64,000 nucleotides of DNA from an uncultured Lysobacterales bacterium (GTDB lineage: Bacteria > Pseudomonadota > Gammaproteobacteria > Xanthomonadales > SZUA-36), in assembly GCA_937924405.1 (NCBI GenBank), contig CALDVW010000029.1, forward strand, positions 5,390-69,389. The letters are read 5' to 3'. Below, piece after piece: positions 60,216-64,000 of the stretch (position 1 is its first letter; every line of letters starts with the position of its first letter). The notes below the pieces were generated by a model that saw only the letters and a program-made list of their open reading frames with translations, was not told where the DNA came from and ran no database searches. The position numbers were made by a program, and so were the translations under genes.

Positions 60216-60992
60216 TCACTCGGGCTGTTCCAGTTTCTTGCGGAACCGGTAAACCACCCGGTCAGTCTGCCCCCGAATACCCTCCGCAAACATTGGCTGA
60301 CTCAGATCGTCATCCGGGTTTCGCAGAACGTTAATCTCACCTTCATATTCGAAACAGCTATCCGAAAAGTCTTTCCTGATTCGTTGCGGGTCTATCCGGT
60401 GCAGATTCTGGGCGGAAGTTTCAGCTTCGCTTCCTGCTGTTGCAACATGGTCTGTCACGCCGAGGACGGCGCCTGGTTTCAGAGCGCTGCATAATTTCCG
60501 CACCACCAGCTTCTCGTCGATATCAGGCCAGCCATTTTCCAGGTCCAGGTAATAGAAGTCATGCCAGGTGAGCATGGCAAGGGCTGCATCGAAAGTATTG
60601 TCAGGAAGCTCCAGCGAGTTGGCCTCGGCGGTCAAATGCTCGACGTTGGCCAACCGGTCACCGGAATACCTTTCAGCGATGCCGTCTTCTGCGTAGGCCA
60701 GGTAGGCCTCGTTGTTGTGCGCCACTACTTTTCCGTTTTCGCCTACGATGCGGCTGACAATTTCGGTGTAGTATCCTGCGCCGGAAAACAGGTCCAGGAC
60801 GGTCATTCCCGGCTCGATTTCAAAAAACTCCAGGACCAGGTCGGGCCGCCTCAGGGCATCAGTCTCTCTGTCTGCCTCCAGCCTGGCGGGAGAAGCAAGC
60901 GAATCGGCAATGGCCGAGTCTGCAATTTCTCCGCCGCCGTTTTCGCAGGGTGCGAGCAGGAGCAGTGCGAATATCGCGTGCGAGCAGTCCAT
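60216..60992 (-). CDS. Class I SAM-dependent methyltransferase with an N-terminal signal/lipobox-like sequence
   Basis: Motif I ...VLDLFSGAGYYTE... The N-terminus ...FALLLLAPC... suggests export or lipidation. Confidence 0.7.
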   Translation of the reverse strand: MDCSHAIFALLLLAPCENGGGEIADSAIADSLASPARLEADRETDALRRPDLVLEFFEIEPGMTVLDLFSGAGYYTEIVSRIVGENGKVVAHNNEAYLAYAEDGIAERYSGDRLANVEHLTAEANSLELPDNTFDAALAMLTWHDFYYLDLENGWPDIDEKLVVRKLCSALKPGAVLGVTDHVATAGSEAETSAQNLHRIDPQRIRKDFSDSCFEYEGEINVLRNPDDDLSQPMFAEGIRGQTDRVVYRFRKKLEQPE

Positions 60993-61103
60993 GTCTTTTC
61001 CCCGTTCAGTCTGACAGACTGGATTATAACGGCCCCGGATAGCGGGTAATATGCAAGTCGATTGAGTGAAGCCGTCCTGCGTTGAATGGAAAGAGGCTCG
61101 CTC

Positions 61104-62471
61104 TCACTCGAGAATCAGAAGGCAGACCCCTGTAATTACGACAGCGCCTGCCAGGTTCAAAACGAATCCGGCGCGCGCCATATCTTTTATTCGGACTCTG
61201 CCACTGCCGAAAACAATGGCGTTGGGGGCCGTGGCGACAGGCAGCATGAAGGCGCAACTGGCGCTCAATATGGCAGGTACCATCAATAGCATCGGGTTGA
61301 TATTTCCAACCGTTGCGGTCGCCGCCAGCAATGGCATCAATAGGCTGGAAGTCGCCGTATTGCTTGTGACCTCGGTCAGAAATGTGACCGCGAGGCACAT
61401 GCAGAGAATGAGTAACCAGGTAGGAAGGGCAAGTAATCCGCCGAGTTTCTGCGAGAGGAGGTCTGCCAGCCCGCTGTGAACAAACGCGCTCGCAATGGTA
61501 ATTCCACCGGCAAACAACAGCAGCACCCCCCAGGGTATCTTGCTTGCAGCTTCCCAACGCAACAGCCTGCCCCCTTCACCGTTGGGTAACGCCGCCATCA
61601 ATACAACGGCAATCATGGCGACTGACGCATCGTTGGCGCCCGGTAAATGCAGCAGGCCACTCCAACCACCGAAAGGTGCCTGCCGGGTAATCCAGAAAAA
61701 TGCGGTCAGGCTGAACATGGCCAGCACGCGTTTCTCGAAAGGACTCCAGGCGCCGGCCCGCGGCAATTCAACAGGCGTGGCCAGTTTGACTCCACGGGTC
61801 AACCACATTCCCGCCAGCGGCACCAGCACGACGACAACCGGTATACCCCACATCATCCATTCGGGAAAGCTGGGTGCGTAGCCAAACTGATCCAGATGCA
61901 CTTGCATGAAAATCAGGTTGGGCGGCGTGCCGATGGGCGTGCCAAGGCCGCCGATACTCGCTGCATAGGCGATTCCCAATAGCAGGGGAACCGACATTTT
62001 CCGGTCCGTTTGTTCCAGCACGGCCAGCGCAACCGGCAGCAGCATCAGCGTCGTGGCTGTATTTGAAATCCACATGCTGAGAACGGCGGCAGCGGCCATG
62101 AAACCGAGCACCAGCCCGCGGGCGCTGCCGCCGCCGAACAAGTTGACCATGTACAAGGCAAGTCGGCGATGAGCACCCGAGTCTGACATGGCGGTCGATA
62201 ACATGAATCCACCCATCAGAAGCAGGATCAGGGGGCTACCGAAGGCCTGTCCAACCTGCGCGGGTGTCAATACGCCGAACAGAGGGAAAACAGCGAGAGG
62301 GATCAATGAGGTAAACGGGATGGGAACCGGTTCAAAAATCCACCAGGTGGCGCAAAGCAGGGTGACAGATGCGGTGATGGCAGCCGCTGGTGACCAGCCT
62401 GCCTGACCCGCCAAAAGAATAAAAAGTGCCAGCGACATGAGCGGGCCGATGATGATCAGCCAGCGGGTCAT
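61104..62471 (-). CDS. SLC13/DASS-family anion:sodium symporter
   Basis: 455 aa, polytopic; ...ATWWIFEPVPIPFTSLIPL...; ...SNTATT.ML.P...; ...TEVTSNTATSSLLMP... are DASS hairpin motifs. Confidence 0.85.
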   Translation of the reverse strand: MTRWLIIIGPLMSLALFILLAGQAGWSPAAAITASVTLLCATWWIFEPVPIPFTSLIPLAVFPLFGVLTPAQVGQAFGSPLILLLMGGFMLSTAMSDSGAHRRLALYMVNLFGGGSARGLVLGFMAAAAVLSMWISNTATTLMLLPVALAVLEQTDRKMSVPLLLGIAYAASIGGLGTPIGTPPNLIFMQVHLDQFGYAPSFPEWMMWGIPVVVVLVPLAGMWLTRGVKLATPVELPRAGAWSPFEKRVLAMFSLTAFFWITRQAPFGGWSGLLHLPGANDASVAMIAVVLMAALPNGEGGRLLRWEAASKIPWGVLLLFAGGITIASAFVHSGLADLLSQKLGGLLALPTWLLILCMCLAVTFLTEVTSNTATSSLLMPLLAATATVGNINPMLLMVPAILSASCAFMLPVATAPNAIVFGSGRVRIKDMARAGFVLNLAGAVVITGVCLLILE

Positions 62472-62678
62472 TGATGAAGGTCATTCACAATCAATTTGAG
62501 AAACTCTTACCCGTGCGCAGTTACATTTCGGGGCGTATCATAGCCGATATACCGCATGCGCACGATTCGGCTGATGGCGTGTTCCTCCCCAGTCTCCTGC
62601 AATGGCCCTGGGTGGCAGTTCCAGAGGAGGCAATCAGCCAAAGCCGATTTTTCCGGGATGACCCGGAAGACAGCAGGG

Positions 62679-62707
62679 TTGCAAAAGCGCAAAGAAGTAC
62701 GTAAATT
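62679..62707 (+). promoter_or_regulatory. Sigma70-like promoter candidate (TTGCAA-17 nt-TAAATT) for the argF' leader
   Basis: Hexamers at 62679-62684 and 62702-62707 with a 17-nt spacer. The predicted start at about 62714/62715 coincides with the mini-ORF ATG. Confidence 0.4.
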
Positions 62708-62714
62708 CAGTGGC

Positions 62715-62795
62715 ATGAAGACTTTTACACCAATCGTCGGTTTCAGCCACCTGCGCCGACCCCGGAGCGCAAATCCGGGCTGGGTTGCCGTGTAA
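62715..62795 (+). CDS. Candidate 26-codon leader peptide MKTFTPIVGFSHLRRPRSANPGWVAV, with Arg codons over attenuator segment 1
   Basis: ATG 62715, TAA 62793-62795. Arg codons are CGC CGA (CCC) CGG at 62754-62765. There is no SD, so translation would be leaderless or start at an upstream in-frame ATG (62658 or 62556). Confidence 0.3.
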   Translation: MKTFTPIVGFSHLRRPRSANPGWVAV

Positions 62796-62820
62796 GTCAG
62801 ATTAATCGATTATTTCGAGG

Positions 62821-62847
62821 AAAACCCAGCCACTGGCTGGGTTTTTT
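62821..62847 (+). terminator. Intrinsic terminator in the 5' leader of argF'
   Basis: Stem AAAACCCAGCC/GGCTGGGTTTT (11 bp) with a 3-nt loop and T-run, ending 17 nt before the argF' ATG. No upstream plus-strand gene needs terminating here. Confidence 0.7.
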
Positions 62848-62864
62848 GGTTTGGAGAATAAAAA

Positions 62865-63863
62865 ATGCAACATTTCCTGAGTACCGCGGATTGGACACAG
62901 GAGCAGCTTGATGGCCTGCTCCGGCTCGCGGCTGACCTGAAACAGGACCCTATTCAGGATAGATTACGAGGCAAATCAATCGCCTTGCTGTTCCTGAATC
63001 CATCCATGCGGACCCGGACATCGTTTGACCTTGGCATGCAGCAACTCGGCGGTATCGCGATTGTGTTGCAGCCTGGTAAAGATGCCTGGGGCGTCGAATT
63101 CAAATCCGGAGTGGTGATGGATGCAGATGCAGAGGAACATGTAGCCGAGGTGGCTGGTGTTTTATCCCGCTATTGCGATTTGATCGGAATTCGCGCCTTC
63201 CCGCTCTTTCAGGACTGGGCGGAAGACCGCAATGACCCTGTCATCCGCGCTCTGGCCAAACACGCCAGCGTGCCGATTATCAATATGGAAACCATCGTAC
63301 ACCCCTGCCAGGAACTCGCCCTGATGATGACCCTCAGGGAGAAACTGGGAGAGGTCAGGAACAGGAAATTTGTCCTGACCTGGACGTGGCATCCACGGCC
63401 TCTGAATACAGCGGTGGCTAATTCGGCATTGTTGATCGCCAGTAAGTTCGGTATGGACGTGACTCTGTTGTGCCCTGAGGACGCTTACCGCCTTGATTCC
63501 AGGTTCGAGTCGGCGGCCAGGGATTTTACTGACCAGGCGGGTGGCTCGTTTCAGGTGACTCACGATATTGAAGCTGCATACAGTGACGCAGACGTCGTTT
63601 ATGCAAAGAGTTGGGGTGCACTGCCTTTCTACGGACGGCCCGACGAGGAGTGGGAGTTGCGCAGGAAATACCGTCATTTCATTGTCGACGAAAAAAAGAT
63701 GGCGCTGACCAATAAGGGGATTTTCAGTCACTGCCTGCCTTTGAGGCGTAATGTCAAGGCGACGGATGGCGTGATGGATTCAGACTATTGCGTCGCGATG
63801 GATGAGGCCGAGAACCGCCTGCATGTGCAAAAAGCGGTGATGTTGAATTTGCTCGGCTTGTAA
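62865..63863 (+). CDS. argF': N-acetylornithine carbamoyltransferase (Xanthomonas-type ArgF')
   Basis: ...KSIALLFLNPSMRTRTSF...VLQPGKDAW..EF..G.VMD...EEH.AEV...; ...INMETI.HPCQELA...; ...FSHCLPLRRNVKATD.VMDS...DEAENRLHVQKA.M... tracks the X. campestris AOTCase sequence closely, as I recall it. Confidence 0.88.
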   Translation: MQHFLSTADWTQEQLDGLLRLAADLKQDPIQDRLRGKSIALLFLNPSMRTRTSFDLGMQQLGGIAIVLQPGKDAWGVEFKSGVVMDADAEEHVAEVAGVLSRYCDLIGIRAFPLFQDWAEDRNDPVIRALAKHASVPIINMETIVHPCQELALMMTLREKLGEVRNRKFVLTWTWHPRPLNTAVANSALLIASKFGMDVTLLCPEDAYRLDSRFESAARDFTDQAGGSFQVTHDIEAAYSDADVVYAKSWGALPFYGRPDEEWELRRKYRHFIVDEKKMALTNKGIFSHCLPLRRNVKATDGVMDSDYCVAMDEAENRLHVQKAVMLNLLGL

Positions 63864-63909
63864 GCATGGCCTGCTCCTGCACTGAGCGTATGAAGAGAGA
63901 TATGGATCA

Positions 63910-64000
63910 ATGACGGACAAAATTGTATTGGCTTTTTCAGGCGGGTTGGACACCAGCTATTGCGTACTCGATCTGGTGCAAAAGGGTTACGAAGTTCATA
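63910..64000 (+). CDS. argG: Argininosuccinate synthase, N-terminal fragment; continues past the window
   Basis: MTDKIVLAFSGGLDTSYCVLDLVQKGYEVH carries the ATP-binding AFSGGLDTS motif. Confidence 0.9.
   Translation, partial: MTDKIVLAFSGGLDTSYCVLDLVQKGYEVH

Noticed and set aside
62520-62780. Possible 6S RNA or other free-standing sRNA in the SLC13/argF' intergenic region
   Set aside because: I noticed short resemblances to E. coli 6S RNA (AGCCGATAT..., ...CAGCC.CCTGCGCCGAC.CCCGGAG) and several hairpins, e.g. TTCCGGG-ATGA-CCCGGAA at 62651-62668. However, I could not build the long closing helix plus central bubble required of 6S. The usual zapA/ygfA genomic context is absent. The 3' part is better explained by the attenuator model. 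An Infernal scan would settle this.
62471-62795. 77-aa and 79-aa plus-strand ORFs in the same intergenic region
   Set aside because: They have no SD and no recognisable family, and their composition looks non-coding. Only the last 26 codons of the 79-aa frame are retained, as a candidate leader peptide.
1-64000. Search for CRISPR arrays, IS elements, integrases, prophage or defence-island genes, rRNA/tRNA genes
   Set aside because: I saw no regularly spaced repeats and no transposase, integrase or recombinase-like ORFs. No terminal inverted repeats flank any gene block. The window looks like core chromosome rather than an accessory island.

Overview
Dense, mostly housekeeping chromosomal segment with about 60 protein genes. 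Gene content and synteny look gammaproteobacterial: pilT-pilU next to yggS-proC-yggT, aroK-aroB-hemE, tkt-gap-pgk-pyk, and aceE-aceF-lpd. N-acetylornithine carbamoyltransferase, GTP-type PEP carboxykinase and many TonB-dependent receptors suggest a marine or Cellvibrionales/Xanthomonadales-like lineage; this is inference and no search was run. I found no rRNA, tRNA, CRISPR array, transposase, integrase or prophage genes. RNA and regulatory elements readable from the sequence are: a cobalamin riboswitch upstream of btuB, Fur-type boxes between a TonB-dependent receptor and bfd-bfr, and a terminator/antiterminator arrangement with an Arg-codon mini-ORF just upstream of argF'-argG. The candidates most worth a second look are: (1) that putative arginine leader-peptide attenuator; (2) two tandem, overlapping paralogous GTPase-DUF697 membrane genes next to a sensorless histidine kinase; (3) a very short exosortase-like protein (XrtH-like) with no visible substrate; (4) a retropepsin-like aspartic protease gene inside the pyruvate dehydrogenase operon; (5) a 25-nt exact direct repeat capping both ends of a convergent intergenic region. 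All functional calls rest on motifs I recognise in the translated ORFs and on remembered family knowledge. No database search or folding computation was possible.
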